A DNA stretch of 64,000 nucleotides from an uncultured cyanobacterium (GTDB lineage Bacteria > Cyanobacteriota > Cyanobacteriia > Cyanobacteriales > CAWCAG01). The notes beneath the pieces are model-generated. The model saw only the letters and a program-made list of their open reading frames with translations, was not told the DNA's origin and made no database searches. Position 1 is the first letter of the stretch. Each line of letters begins with the position of its first letter. Below, in pieces: positions 44,088 to 54,072 of this stretch. The stretch covers positions 1,248,001 through 1,312,000 of the forward strand of contig CAWDOD010000002.1 of assembly GCA_963803805.1 (NCBI GenBank), written 5' to 3'. A program made the position numbers and the translations under genes.

Positions 44088-44535
44088 AGCGCTAGGTCGC
44101 CGGTTCAAATCCGGCCAGTCCCGTTTTTTCAATGCTCAATGCTAAGTTATCTTGGTTTAGCCACTTAAGTTCAATCTAGTATAAGTAATAGTTTGTCTAA
44201 GTTCAGTTGGTTATTAAATCTTTTGAATTTACATAACTTCAACTTAAAATTTGTCAAGTCCCAAAAATTTCTCCAAAGGACGCATTTGTGTGGTTTAATT
44301 AGGAAATCAGAAAATTACACTGCTACGTTTTTGTCTAAAGTCAACATCAAATCTCTATAAGGTAGATAAATCGTTGGTTTTGATGCTATTTTTCCACAAA
44401 AGCATAGTGATAAGAAGGGCTAGGTCGAACAAATTTTGAGGCAATTTCAAAAGTTTTTTTGACAAATAAAGCGCTTTAAGTTAGAAGCAATTTGCTTGTG
44501 ACTTTTTTTGTCTATTCCATTTTTCTTCCTTGACA

Positions 44536-44580
44536 TTCCCATTTACTAAAACATCGTTCCCATTTACTAAAACATCGTTC
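44536..44580. repeat. 21-bp direct tandem duplication
   Basis: ttcccatttactaaaacatcg x2 + ttc. Confidence 0.85.
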
Positions 44581-44647
44581 TCTGTTTGTAAGGTTGCCTG
44601 ATGAGTATTCGTTAGTTGAAGCTAAATTATTACAATGTTAAGCAGAT

Positions 44648-44698
44648 TCGTAATTCATCCCCACACCTACCTGCAAAGAGGTGTGGGACTTCTTACGA
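44648..44698. mobile_element. Isolated palindrome resembling an IS200/IS605-family end hairpin
   Basis: tcgtaa-ttcatc-cccacacct-N10-aggtgtggg-acttc-ttacga; no transposase nearby. Confidence 0.4.
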
Positions 44699-44762
44699 TT
44701 GAATATTAAATACAGAATTGTTGGTACGGACAGTAAAATAATTGCTGCACCAACCTAATAAT

Positions 44763-44909
44763 CTAATTTTTCCTTGCTCTCTTATCCCGATCTTGACGAC
44801 GGCGATCACGCCATCCTGCGGAAGTCAAATAGACTATGCCCCCGGTAACTAATATGAGCATAGCTAAAGCCGAGAAAAAGAGAAAACTGAGAAGATACTT
44901 TTCTGCCAC
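44763..44909 (-). CDS. 48-aa single-TM hypothetical protein downstream of petN
   Basis: GTG start 6 nt after the petN stop; MAEKYLLSFLFFSALAMLILVTGGIVYLTSAGWRDRRRQDRDKRARKN*. Confidence 0.65.
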   Translation of the reverse strand: MAEKYLLSFLFFSALAMLILVTGGIVYLTSAGWRDRRRQDRDKRARKN

Positions 44910-44915
44910 TTGCCT

Positions 44916-45005
44916 TTAAAACCCGTTACGACCCCAAATGACCATGGTAATTGACCAAGTGAACAGAACTAAAAGGGATACCCAGCCTAAAGTTAAAATA
45001 TCCAT
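44916..45005 (-). CDS. petN: Cytochrome b6f subunit 8 (PetN)
   Basis: Hand translation [29 protein letters not shown] (29 aa); below the ORF track cutoff. Confidence 0.95.
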   Translation of the reverse strand: MDILTLGWVSLLVLFTWSITMVIWGRNGF

Positions 45006-45089
45006 AATGCGCTTGTAAAAATCGTTGGTAAACAATAAAATAACTCCACCCATTATGATACTTCTAAGTGGTCGTATCTTCGTAGAATT

Positions 45090-45536
45090 TTGAGAAGTTT
45101 GCAGGAAGAAAGAATTGAATCTATTAAAGCCGGACTAATCTCTAGTGCTGCTTTTACCCTAGCTTATGTCGTTGTAGCTTTGCTTAACCACCTTTGCTTA
45201 GCAAGTATTTCACCACACTTAACTTTGCTGCAAACGGCTACAACTGCTGAGTTTTCACTAAAGTTGGCCGTTTCTTGCCTAAGTGGTTTCCTGTTTGGCA
45301 TTGCCTATCGCTACATTATCAGGGGCGATCACAATTCTCACCTTAGTGAAGGTGCAGTCTTAGCATTCGGTTTGGTTAGGGGTTTAGCTACCGTAGAAGT
45401 AAAAGGTAACTTACTCACTAACTTTTGGTTTGTAAGTATTTTAACTGTCGAAAGTTTAATTTGTTTTGCGATCGCTCGTTTCATTCTTGATTTTGCCTTA
45501 CATCAATCCTGGATAGAGCCTTATAACCCTCAATAA
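45090..45536 (+). CDS. Hypothetical multi-pass membrane protein
   Basis: ERIESIKAG...[33 protein letters not shown]; about 4 TM segments. Confidence 0.7.
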   Translation: MRSLQEERIESIKAGLISSAAFTLAYVVVALLNHLCLASISPHLTLLQTATTAEFSLKLAVSCLSGFLFGIAYRYIIRGDHNSHLSEGAVLAFGLVRGLATVEVKGNLLTNFWFVSILTVESLICFAIARFILDFALHQSWIEPYNPQ

Positions 45537-45687
45537 ATATCTTCCTTAAGTTGTATTTATTAGTCAAATTTAGATGACATCAGCAATTTACTTCTTTAAG
45601 TTTTAGATAGAAAATCAGCCCACTAAGCAATGTTACTTTGCTAACCTAATTGTTCTAGCCAAGACCAAAGCTAGAGCAACAACTTTG

Positions 45688-45722
45688 TATATTGTATAAA
45701 AATATTATTTTTATACAATATA
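45688..45722. promoter_or_regulatory. 35-bp palindrome upstream of the EPS cluster
   Basis: tatattgtataaaaata-t-tatttttatacaatata (17-bp arms), followed by TTGACA at 45741. Confidence 0.5.
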
Positions 45723-46038
45723 ATAATTGTTTAGGGGGAATTGACAAGGTGAGAAATCTGTTTTTAACTTATATTAAATCTGCATTTTGACTTTATTTTA
45801 ACATAAAGGGTTCTTCCAAAGAAGCTATTCTTTTTCCAGAGAAAATTAATGTCAAAGCAACTGAAGTTTTTAGCTACTGTCTCTAGTCTCGATTCCACTA
45901 AAGCTTCTCTAAGCTAATAACAATTGCGAATATGAGGAATTATTATCTAGATATTTTCATGAATTCATTGGCTAGAACTGGGTTTATTTAGTCTATCGAG
46001 CAGTTTAGATTCCGTGTTTTCCTCACTCTCTCAGGGTT

Positions 46039-47466
46039 ATGCTCAAAAACGCTAACGACATACGCTCTCCTGTTTCTACTAAAATTCCTTATCGAATCAT
46101 TGTTAACTGGTTAAGAATTATTGTCTTAATCGTTTTAGACACTGTAAATTTGTCTTTAGCTTGGTTAGCGGCTGAGAGATTAGGTACACCAGTCAATAAC
46201 TTCAACTTAGTTTGGCAACCTGGACAAGAAGCGCCTCTGCTAATACCCATTTTGATAATCACCTTGGGTATTTTGGCAGCATCTGGACTTTATAGCACAG
46301 ACGATAAACGACGCAGCTTCATAGCTTTGCTCAAAGCTATACTTCTAGCTCATACCCTCTTGTTGATCACTGCATTTCTCTACAACCCCAAAACTTGGAT
46401 ATCCCGCTCAGTATTCCTCTGGGCTTGGTTGCTAACCCTTGTCTTTGTTAGCATAGAGCGTTTTCTGCTGCACTTTGTCATAGTCAACCTACGTCGCCGA
46501 AAAGCTGTTTTACGTCCCCTAGTTTTTCTCCTCGGTAATCCAGAAGATATTACTGGGGCTCAAAAGCTACTTAAGCGTTCTAGGGAATTTAAGATTTCTG
46601 GGACAGCAGATTTATCAATTCGTGAAGATCCGGAAAAATGGGCACAAATGCTCCAAGATATCGCAGCACAAAGGGTTAGCGAAGTATTCGTCTGTTCCTG
46701 GCAATCTGTTCAAGACCCAATTATTTTATTTTGGGAACTAAAATCAGCCGGAATCCAACTAAGAGTTCTACCCATTAGTTTGGATCTACCAGGACAGTGG
46801 TCTGAAATAAAAATGATTGGTCAATTTACCACCATTAGATTCAGTACCCCTCCAATAATAGGAGGGGATTTCTGGCTTAAAAGAGGTTTTGATTTGGTTG
46901 CTTCATCAACATTGCTACTCTTGCTGAGCATACCATTACTAATAATTTCTATTTCTATTCAACTAGATTCCCCTGGCTCCATATTTTACAAGCAAACTCG
47001 TGTAGGTTTAAAAGGTCGCCGTTTCAAAGTCTGGAAATTTCGTACTATGGTTGCTAACGCTAGTCAATTGCAAAAGCAGCTTGAAGAAAGAAATGAAGTT
47101 GAAGGAGGAATTTTATTCAAGATTAAAGACGACCCACGCATTACTAAAGTAGGTAAGTTTCTGAGACAGTATAGTCTTGATGAATTACCTCAATTAATCA
47201 ACGTCCTGCGGGGAGAAATGAGTCTGGTTGGCCCCCGCCCTCTGCCCGTAAGAGATGTAGAAAAGTTTTCAGAAACACACTTTTTGCGCCACGAAGTACT
47301 ACCGGGAATAACAGGTCTTTGGCAAGTTAGCGGTCGTTCTAATGCAGATTCTGAAGAGGTATTTTACTTAGACCTTGCCTATATTCAACATTGGTCTTTG
47401 GCTCTTGACTGTAAAATTTTACTAAAAACTATTCAAGTTGTTCTAGCCAGGGAAGGAGCTTATTAA
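46039..47466 (+). CDS. Priming polyprenyl glycosylphosphotransferase (WcaJ-like sugar transferase)
   Basis: KRGFDL, FKVWKFRTM, DDPRITKVGKFLRQYSLDELPQL, GEMSLVGPRP and PGITGLWQVSGRS motifs. Confidence 0.93.
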   Translation: MLKNANDIRSPVSTKIPYRIIVNWLRIIVLIVLDTVNLSLAWLAAERLGTPVNNFNLVWQPGQEAPLLIPILIITLGILAASGLYSTDDKRRSFIALLKAILLAHTLLLITAFLYNPKTWISRSVFLWAWLLTLVFVSIERFLLHFVIVNLRRRKAVLRPLVFLLGNPEDITGAQKLLKRSREFKISGTADLSIREDPEKWAQMLQDIAAQRVSEVFVCSWQSVQDPIILFWELKSAGIQLRVLPISLDLPGQWSEIKMIGQFTTIRFSTPPIIGGDFWLKRGFDLVASSTLLLLLSIPLLIISISIQLDSPGSIFYKQTRVGLKGRRFKVWKFRTMVANASQLQKQLEERNEVEGGILFKIKDDPRITKVGKFLRQYSLDELPQLINVLRGEMSLVGPRPLPVRDVEKFSETHFLRHEVLPGITGLWQVSGRSNADSEEVFYLDLAYIQHWSLALDCKILLKTIQVVLAREGAY

Positions 47467-47467
47467 A

Positions 47468-49744
47468 ATGGAATCCATAGAATTTCCTGAAGAAATAAAT
47501 ATCCGCAAATACTGGCTAGTGCTAAAAAGGCGTTGGTTACCTATAGTTTTGGTTTTTACTGCAGTTGTCACCCTGGCTTTTCTCTATGCTTCTCGCAAAG
47601 AAAATATGTATGAAGCCAAAGGTAAACTTTTATTCAAAGAAGACCGTTCTTCTTCTTTAACAGGTTTAGAAGGGTTAGATGATTTAACTCAAATTGAAGG
47701 TTTAAGTAGAGAAACTGAACCAGTATCTACAGAAGCAGAAATTGTTATTTCTCACCCCATAGCTAGAAAAGCCATTGAAAAAATCAATCTCAGAAACGAA
47801 GATGGCGACTTATGCAAACCTAGTTGTATTACATCTGAAATAGAGGTAGAACCTTTGCCAGGAACTGATGTCATGCAAATCGCTTACAAGTCTAAATCTC
47901 CTGAAGTGGCAGCTAAAATAGTTAATGCTGTCATGGAAGTCTACATAGACAGTGACGTTTCTAGCAATCGGGCCCAAGCTATAGCCGCGAGGGAATTCCT
48001 TGAAGAGCAGCAACCCAAGGCAGAAGCAAGAGTGAGTCAAGCTGAAGCGGAATTAAGGAAATTCAAAGAAGCAAATCGTGTTGTTTCTCTTTCTGATGAA
48101 GCTAAAACATCTGTAGAAACCATTGCTCAATTAGATCAAAATATAGCCAGAGTTAGGGCTGAACTAGCCAAATTTAGCAGTAGAGCAGCCGAACTTCAAG
48201 AACAGATAGATTTAACCCCATCTGAAGCATTAGCTGCAACTTCTCTGAGTGAATCTAATGTAGTGAAAAACCTACTCGAACAAGACAGTACAGTTCAAAG
48301 CAAACTCGCTGAAGCTCGCAGTCGCTACAGACCAGGGCATCCAATTGTAGAACAGCTTGAGCGTGAATCTGAAGCTTTAAGAGCAAGATTACTAGACAAT
48401 ATTCAATCAGTGGCTGGAGATGATATATCCTTAAGCTCTCCTGAATCAACTCAAAGTAGCGTAGCTATACCTTTAGAAAAAATTCAGTTAGGGGAAGTAG
48501 AACGAGAGTTAGTTGCTGATTTTGTCCAAGCAGAAGTAGAGCGTCTAGGCTTAGTAAACCAACTAGATACCTATATTAGCAGCAGAACTGCCTACAGAGA
48601 TAGGCTTGATAGCCTACCAAGACTAGAACAAAAACAAGGAGAGCTAGAAAGGCGCTTGGAAGTTGCTAATACAACATATGCTAGTCTTCTCGGTCGTTTG
48701 CAAGAAGCTCAAGTAGCAGAAAATCAAGACGTAGGTAATGCTCGGATTATTTCTCCTGCTGTAGAACCCCAGGAGCCTATTCCCGCTCGAGAAAAATTAA
48801 TCATTTTGGCTGGTAGTGTAGCTGGGTTACTCTCTGGTATTGCTGCTGCCTTCTTACTTGATCTCATTGATAGTTCTGTTAAAAATGTTAAGGAAGCCAA
48901 AGAGCTTTTAGGCTATACCTTATTAGGCATTATTCCTCAATATGCTAAAGAGAAAAAAGCTCCTAAGTTTCTCAAGGAAGAAGACGAAAAAATTCCTCCT
49001 CTTTATGTTAAGGACAAACCCCATTCTCCCATTAGCGCAGCTTATCAAATGTTGCAAGCGAATCTTAAATTTCTTAGCTCAGATAAGCAGCTCAAAGCTA
49101 TTGTGGTCACTAGTTCTATTCCTAAAGAAGGGAAATCCGAAGTCTCAGCAAATTTGTCCGTAGCCATTGCTCAAGTTGGTCGTCGCGTCTTATTAGTAGA
49201 TGCCGATATGCGAGATCCGACTCAACACCATATCTGGAGACGGACTAATGCTGTGGGTTTGAGCAACGTCCTAGTTGGTGAAGCCGAATTGGACATTGCT
49301 ATTGAAAAGGTTATGCCTAACTTAGATATTCTGACTGCTGGGGTAATACCTCCTAATCCAGTAGCACTACTTGATTCTAAGCGCATGGCTTTTTTAATTG
49401 AATCTCTTTTAAAAGATTATGACTCGATTATCTTTGATACTCCTCCCTTAGTTGGGGTTGCTGATGCGCCCATTCTCGGTAAAATGGCAGATGGCATCCT
49501 CATGGTAGTTAGGCCTAAAGTTCTCAACGTTGCTGGTGCAAAAGCTGCCAAAGAATTTTTAATCCAATCTGGTCAAAAAGTTTTAGGTTTAGTTGCTAAT
49601 GGGGTAATCATCAAAAACGAGCCAGATAGCTATTTTTATTACGCTAAAGAGCAATATGGAGCGCAAGCTTATGCGAAACAACAGCAAGAAGAATTAGGTT
49701 TCCCTAGTCTTTCTCAGTTGCCTTGGAATAAAGGCGAAAAATAG
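47468..49744 (+). CDS. wzc: Polysaccharide co-polymerase/tyrosine autokinase (Wzc/GumC)
   Basis: Two TM helices around a coiled coil; SSIPKEGKS Walker A, LLVDADMR, DTPP and Tyr cluster SYFYY. Confidence 0.9.
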   Translation: MESIEFPEEINIRKYWLVLKRRWLPIVLVFTAVVTLAFLYASRKENMYEAKGKLLFKEDRSSSLTGLEGLDDLTQIEGLSRETEPVSTEAEIVISHPIARKAIEKINLRNEDGDLCKPSCITSEIEVEPLPGTDVMQIAYKSKSPEVAAKIVNAVMEVYIDSDVSSNRAQAIAAREFLEEQQPKAEARVSQAEAELRKFKEANRVVSLSDEAKTSVETIAQLDQNIARVRAELAKFSSRAAELQEQIDLTPSEALAATSLSESNVVKNLLEQDSTVQSKLAEARSRYRPGHPIVEQLERESEALRARLLDNIQSVAGDDISLSSPESTQSSVAIPLEKIQLGEVERELVADFVQAEVERLGLVNQLDTYISSRTAYRDRLDSLPRLEQKQGELERRLEVANTTYASLLGRLQEAQVAENQDVGNARIISPAVEPQEPIPAREKLIILAGSVAGLLSGIAAAFLLDLIDSSVKNVKEAKELLGYTLLGIIPQYAKEKKAPKFLKEEDEKIPPLYVKDKPHSPISAAYQMLQANLKFLSSDKQLKAIVVTSSIPKEGKSEVSANLSVAIAQVGRRVLLVDADMRDPTQHHIWRRTNAVGLSNVLVGEAELDIAIEKVMPNLDILTAGVIPPNPVALLDSKRMAFLIESLLKDYDSIIFDTPPLVGVADAPILGKMADGILMVVRPKVLNVAGAKAAKEFLIQSGQKVLGLVANGVIIKNEPDSYFYYAKEQYGAQAYAKQQQEELGFPSLSQLPWNKGEK

Positions 49745-49772
49745 AACTTATTCACTCGGTTGACATAAATTC

Positions 49773-50876
49773 ATGCCAAACCTAAATAGACTTTGGACTA
49801 CTAAGGGAGCAGCTAGTTTGGGAATATTATTCTATTTTGCTTTCCCTTTACCAACACTTGCTCAAATACCTACATATCCAGCTCAAGAAGCACTACCTTC
49901 TTCAATTGTTAGGCCAACTAATTCATTAGCCCCTGGCAGTAATTTATCTGATTATTTTCTTGGTGCAGGGGATCGAGTAAATATCAATGTTTTTGGTTAT
50001 GAAGAATTTACTGATTTAGAAAGAGTTATTTTGCCAGATGGCACGATCACTTTACCTTTACTAGGTAGCGTTGAAGCAGCAAGTAAAACACCAGAAGGGT
50101 TACAACAAGAATTAACTGTTCGCTTAAATGAGTACCTTATTGACCCCCTAGTCACGGTTAGTATTAGTCTCTTGCGACCTGTAGTAGTAAATGTAGCTGG
50201 AGAAGTAGAGCGTCCCGGTCCGGTTCAACTCAATAGTATAACCACCAATAATAACCTCAATAGATTTGAGTTAAACGAACGTGATCGCAGACTACCTACA
50301 GTCAGTGCGGCTTTGGTTGCAGCAGGGGGAATTACCAGAAAAGCAGACTTACGCCAAATTGTTTTAAGGCGTTTTACAGGAACAAATAATGTAGTTGTTA
50401 GAGAAATCAATCTTTGGGATGCGCTAACTTCTGAAATAGCTCCTGAAGATTTGATTCTTCAAGAGGGAGATTCTATTTTTGTACCTAAGTTAGGAGTAGA
50501 TTCTGATATCAATCCTAGGCTACTATCTCGTTCTAGTCTAGCTCCAGAAAGCGTCAAAGTCCGAGTAGTAGGGGAGGTGAAATTACCAGGAGAAGTCTCC
50601 ATTTCACCTGACAGCAGTGTTTCTGGGGCAGTGGCAGCAGCGGGTGGTCCAACAGATGATGCTGAAATCAATTCAGTAACTTTTGTTCGCATTAACGAAG
50701 AAGGCTTTATTGAAAACAAAGAAATTGATTTGAGCAATCTAACAGACAACTTTCAAGTACAAACAGGAGATGTGATATTTGTCCCAAAAACCAATGTTGC
50801 AACTGGGTTAAATGCTGCAGGGAGGGCAGTCGGACCAATAAATGTTCTATTAAATATTCTCGATTTTCTATTTTAA
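49773..50876 (+). CDS. wza: Polysaccharide export protein (Wza/OPX, SLBB repeats)
   Basis: YFLGAGDRVNINVF, PDGTITLPLLG, VAGEVERPG and AAGG SLBB motifs. Confidence 0.9.
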   Translation: MPNLNRLWTTKGAASLGILFYFAFPLPTLAQIPTYPAQEALPSSIVRPTNSLAPGSNLSDYFLGAGDRVNINVFGYEEFTDLERVILPDGTITLPLLGSVEAASKTPEGLQQELTVRLNEYLIDPLVTVSISLLRPVVVNVAGEVERPGPVQLNSITTNNNLNRFELNERDRRLPTVSAALVAAGGITRKADLRQIVLRRFTGTNNVVVREINLWDALTSEIAPEDLILQEGDSIFVPKLGVDSDINPRLLSRSSLAPESVKVRVVGEVKLPGEVSISPDSSVSGAVAAAGGPTDDAEINSVTFVRINEEGFIENKEIDLSNLTDNFQVQTGDVIFVPKTNVATGLNAAGRAVGPINVLLNILDFLF

Positions 50877-50910
50877 AGCAATTTATTAAGCTCACCAATT
50901 AAAAATTTAG

Positions 50911-52704
50911 ATGATTAACTATCTTTCTAAGGTTCTATATGTATTAACAGGGCGCAGAATCCAGCTCCTTTTTCTGCTGTTGATTTTTGGTATAACCTCA
51001 ATTTTAGAAGCAGTTGGTGTTGGATTAATAGGGCCTTTTCTTAGTGTTGCTTCTCGACCTGAATATATTCGGGAAATAGCTGTACTCGAATGGTTTTACC
51101 AGCAACTTGGCTTAGAATCTACTAGAGACTTTATCCCTGTGCTTGGCTTGACAATAATCGTAGTATTCTGCCTTAAGTCATGCTTGTATTTTTTGGCTCG
51201 TTCTTATATCTTTAAGTTTAGCTTCACACAAAAAAGCATTCTTTTTTCTCGGCTACTTAGTGCTTATATGAAAGCTCCTTACACCTTTTATTTAAGCCGC
51301 AATACTGCTAGCATCATCAAAAATATTATTACTGAAACCACCCAATTTATTTTGAATTCGCTTCTGCCGTTACTAACGGGAACCGCTAATTTTGTAGTTA
51401 TTGTTTTCCTTTTAATAGTCCTTGGTTATACAGACTTATTATTGTTAGTGATGATACTAGCTATTATTTTACCTACGTTTATTTTATTTCAAAGATTAGG
51501 TACAAAGTTCCAGAACTGGGGAGAAACTCTCTCTATTTCCCATCAAGAAATGATCCGAGTTATTAATCATGGCTTAGGAGGAGTTAAAGAAATGAGGATC
51601 ATAGGTTGTGAACGATACTTTGAAAATCAAATGAAGGAGCAAGCAAAAAACTATTCTCGGTCTGCTACTTTATTTCAAAGTTCTCAAGTATTACCGCGCA
51701 TCCTAATTGAAACAACTTTAGTAATATTTTTGATCGCTTTCCTTTGCCTTTCCTTTGCTTTTTCCCAATCTAGCTTTGAAAATTTAACTGCGGTTATGGG
51801 GGTTTTTGCGGTGGCTGTAGTGCGTTTAATTCCTGCTTCAAGCCAGTTTATCCAAGCTCTGGGACAACTAAGAAATTCAACCCATGCCCTTGATATGCTC
51901 TATTTAGATTTAAAAGAAATAGAAGAACAAACTTCAATTAGGGCTTATTCACTTGAGAACAAGAAGTTATCAAAAGCTGGTGATTTGGAAAATAAAGTCA
52001 TTAAGTTTGATAATAAAATTGAATTACTTAATGTTAGTTACCACTATCCTAATGCCACTGAAGAATCGGTAAAAAATATTTCCTTTGAGATTAAAAAAGG
52101 TCAATCTATTGCTCTAATTGGAAAATCAGGAGCAGGTAAAACAACTCTTGTTGATATTATCTTAGGTCTTTTAGAACCTCAAAATGGAGATATTCGTGTA
52201 GATAATGTTTCTATATATGATGAGCTACGTTCTTGGCAAGATTTGATTGGTTATATTCCCCAATCAATATTTCTTACTGATGACACAATAGAAAGGAACA
52301 TTGCCTTTGGAACTCCTGATGAGTTAATTAATAGTCAAAAAATGTATGAAGCTATTGAAGCAGCTCAGTTAGTTGAATTAGTTGAACAATTACCCCAAGG
52401 TCTAAAAACCAACGTTGGCGAAAGGGGTGTTCGTTTATCCGGAGGGCAACGACAACGTATAGGTATTGCGAGAGCGCTTTATCACCAAAGAGAAGTTTTG
52501 GTTCTTGATGAAGCAACTTCTGCTTTAGATAATGAAACAGAACGACTTGTTAGTAAAGCTATAAACTCTCTAGCAGGTACAAAAACAATGATTATTATTG
52601 CCCACCGCCTCTCTACAGTAGAAAATTGTGACTTTGTTTATGTGTTAGAACGAGGTCATATCACTAAAGCCGGTAGCTACGAAGAGGTTGTTCTAGAAAA
52701 GTGA
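50911..52704 (+). CDS. ABC transporter ATP-binding/permease (glycan-flippase type)
   Basis: N-terminal TM domain; GKSGAGKT, LSGGQRQR and DEATSALD motifs. Confidence 0.9.
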   Translation: MINYLSKVLYVLTGRRIQLLFLLLIFGITSILEAVGVGLIGPFLSVASRPEYIREIAVLEWFYQQLGLESTRDFIPVLGLTIIVVFCLKSCLYFLARSYIFKFSFTQKSILFSRLLSAYMKAPYTFYLSRNTASIIKNIITETTQFILNSLLPLLTGTANFVVIVFLLIVLGYTDLLLLVMILAIILPTFILFQRLGTKFQNWGETLSISHQEMIRVINHGLGGVKEMRIIGCERYFENQMKEQAKNYSRSATLFQSSQVLPRILIETTLVIFLIAFLCLSFAFSQSSFENLTAVMGVFAVAVVRLIPASSQFIQALGQLRNSTHALDMLYLDLKEIEEQTSIRAYSLENKKLSKAGDLENKVIKFDNKIELLNVSYHYPNATEESVKNISFEIKKGQSIALIGKSGAGKTTLVDIILGLLEPQNGDIRVDNVSIYDELRSWQDLIGYIPQSIFLTDDTIERNIAFGTPDELINSQKMYEAIEAAQLVELVEQLPQGLKTNVGERGVRLSGGQRQRIGIARALYHQREVLVLDEATSALDNETERLVSKAINSLAGTKTMIIIAHRLSTVENCDFVYVLERGHITKAGSYEEVVLEK

Positions 52705-52858
52705 GAGTAATTGTCCAACAAAAAGCTTTTTAAAGTCTTGAGGATAGCTATAAATCAGCTTGATTTGCTTGTTATAAGTTATCTATTGTTTAGTCTAGAC
52801 GAGAATAGAATCTAAACTGTATAACTTATGCTATCACAAGATTTATTTAAGTGTAACC

Positions 52859-54055
52859 ATGGATAAAATTGGGTCTTTAATGGGAAAAAAATCGAGTATA
52901 CTTCCTCAATATATTAAAAGTAAACTGAAAATCTTCATCATTAATTTAGTCAGAGAAAACAGTCTCTTTCATGCCCTAGGATTATTTACTTGTAGAGAAT
53001 ATGTCCAAATTAAAGCTAGTAATATTGGTAAAACCCTTCCTGAAAATGAGCTAATTGAGTTTCAAACAATTGTAGATCAGAATGAAGAATCAACCCAAGA
53101 CCCAGTTCACCTCAAAGAACAAATAATAGAAGCAATTCAACCAATTACCCCCAAGACAGAAACTGTTATCTTGACCATAAAAGATCCTGGATTTTCCTTG
53201 CGCAACAACCATTTATTTGATCAAAAAATGAACGTTTGGGATGAAGGGGGAATGAAATTTGAGAGAATGCCTGTAAGACAGAAGTTACTTTCTAGACCTC
53301 AAAAAGTATCCGGGACTGTAGCTTATTTAACTAATGTTGATCCCTTAAACTATTATCATTGGTTGTGTCGTACTTTACCTCTGTTGAGAATATATCAAAA
53401 GCTCTTTGATCTGTCCAAAATAGACTTTTTTTATATTGGAGAGTTTAGTTTAGCTAACTTCCATCAAGAAAGCTTAGTTAGGGCAGGTATTGAGGAAAAT
53501 AAGCTTCTGCAAAAAGCTTGTAAAGCAGATAAAATTTTGGCAGCTATTAGCACGAGAAATAAATATTTTGGCTCAGCTCCTATTAGCAAGAAAAACTACC
53601 TCTTTAGTCGTAGCTTATTTGCAGAGGAAATAAATCAATCTAAACAAGAGCCAAAAACTCGTATCTACGTCCAGAGAGGGAAGGTAAAACGCAGAAAAAT
53701 TATTAATGAAAAAGAAGTTATTAATTTACTAGCATATTATGGTTTCCAATCGGTAACTATGGAGGGTAAAGCTATTGAAGAACAAGCCAAGATTTTTGCC
53801 CAAGCAGAAGCAATTATTGCTCCTCACGGTGCAGCTTTAACTAACTTACTTTTCATACAACCAGAAACCAAAGTAATCGAATTACTTCCCTATGGTTATA
53901 CTAATAATTGTTATTATGCTATGACTAACTATGGAGGGGGACAATACTTTTATCTACAAGGAAAACCTACTAGTCAAAATAAGCAAATGCACAGTCTTGA
54001 TATCGTCTTAGATATTAATCAACTCAAGCAAATTTGCCAATTAGCATTTTCTTAA
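52859..54055 (+). CDS. Glycosyltransferase family 61 (DUF563) protein
   Basis: NYYHWL, RIYVQR..RRKIINE and IIAPHGAALTNLLF motifs. Confidence 0.85.
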   Translation: MDKIGSLMGKKSSILPQYIKSKLKIFIINLVRENSLFHALGLFTCREYVQIKASNIGKTLPENELIEFQTIVDQNEESTQDPVHLKEQIIEAIQPITPKTETVILTIKDPGFSLRNNHLFDQKMNVWDEGGMKFERMPVRQKLLSRPQKVSGTVAYLTNVDPLNYYHWLCRTLPLLRIYQKLFDLSKIDFFYIGEFSLANFHQESLVRAGIEENKLLQKACKADKILAAISTRNKYFGSAPISKKNYLFSRSLFAEEINQSKQEPKTRIYVQRGKVKRRKIINEKEVINLLAYYGFQSVTMEGKAIEEQAKIFAQAEAIIAPHGAALTNLLFIQPETKVIELLPYGYTNNCYYAMTNYGGGQYFYLQGKPTSQNKQMHSLDIVLDINQLKQICQLAFS

Positions 54056-54072
54056 ATTGAATATCATCATCC

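Larger units (their letters stand above)
43200..44123 (+). tRNA. trnR-CCU: tRNA-Arg(CCU), intron-split: exon 1 43200-43236, exon 2 44087-44123
   Basis: The joined exons fold into a cloverleaf: acceptor GGGGCTG/CAGTCCC, D arm GCTC/GAGC with Arg identity A20, anticodon stem AGCGC/GCGCT with loop CT-CCT-AA, T arm GCCGG-TTCAAAT-CCGGC, discriminator G73. CCA is not encoded. Confidence 0.93.

Noticed and set aside
44536-44580. Possible CRISPR mini-array
   Set aside because: Two adjacent 21-bp copies with no spacer, and no cas genes in the window.
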